NCBI GenBank assembly: GCA_951406725.2
Contig: OX597833.1
Span: 8,928,001 to 8,992,000, forward strand
Direction of reading: 5' to 3'
From: Octopus vulgaris
Taxonomy: Eukaryota
DNA length: 64,000 bases
This document shows, piece by piece, positions 63,634-64,000 of the stretch; within the stretch, counting starts at the first letter, position 1, and each line of letters starts with the position of its first letter. The position numbers and the translations under genes were made by a program. The notes beneath the pieces were generated by a model. That model worked only from the letters and a program-made list of their open reading frames with translations. It had not been told where the DNA came from and did not search any database.

Positions 63634-64000
63634 GTGGCATTTCATGTCTTTAAGTTCTGAGTTCAAATTCTGCCAAGGTTGACTTTGCTTTTTATTCTTT
63701 TGGGGTCAATAAAATAAGTAATGGTTAAACACTGGGATCAATGAAATCGACATACCCTGTCCCCTGAAGTTGCCGGCCTTGTGCCAAAATTTGAAACCAT
63801 TATTAATTTTAACTGTTGCTGTTGTTCTTCTCTTCTTCCTCTTCTTAATAACCAGCCAAAACAATCTTTTGCACTTCTTGCAAGGATGGTAAGCCAGGAA
63901 TCATTGTCAGATAATCATTTCAGTCCCTCTTTTAACCATTCTTAATGCTCCCACCATCACTGCTATTGCAACTGCCTTCAGATGCCATATTCTCCCAATT

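Noticed and set aside
62839-63660. 273 aa and 261 aa poly-L/S/F and poly-R/K/E ORFs
   Set aside because: Translations of the (TTC)n tract.

Overview
AT-rich, repeat-dense animal genomic DNA. The SINE, RTE-LINE and microsatellite complement resembles an Octopus (cephalopod) genome; this is an inference from recall. I reconstructed three spliced protein-coding genes by hand from GT-AG boundaries with consistent intron phases. (1) NGDN/neuroguidin, minus strand: 10 coding exons from 11816 to 853, with the 3' end off the left edge. (2) EMC4/TMEM85, minus strand: 5 exons from 24765 to 17763, complete, 173 aa. (3) An RBCK1/HOIL-1-like LUBAC subunit, plus strand: LTM and UBL exons at 44992-46732 plus a linker exon at 62359-62447, with the 3' end off the right edge. 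A frameshifted, intronless COA1-like copy lies in EMC4 intron 1. The remainder is RTE, CR1/L2, CRE-like, R4/Dong-like and Penelope-like retroelement fragments, tRNA-derived SINEs, mariner/piggyBac/Helentron-type DNA elements, MITE-like foldbacks and two very long microsatellites. I found no convincing wholly new biological system. The best leads are the nested COA1 copy, a tandem-uORF/ATGA overlap on the RBCK1-like leader, a motif recurring near all three gene 5' ends, and dsRNA-forming inverted repeats.
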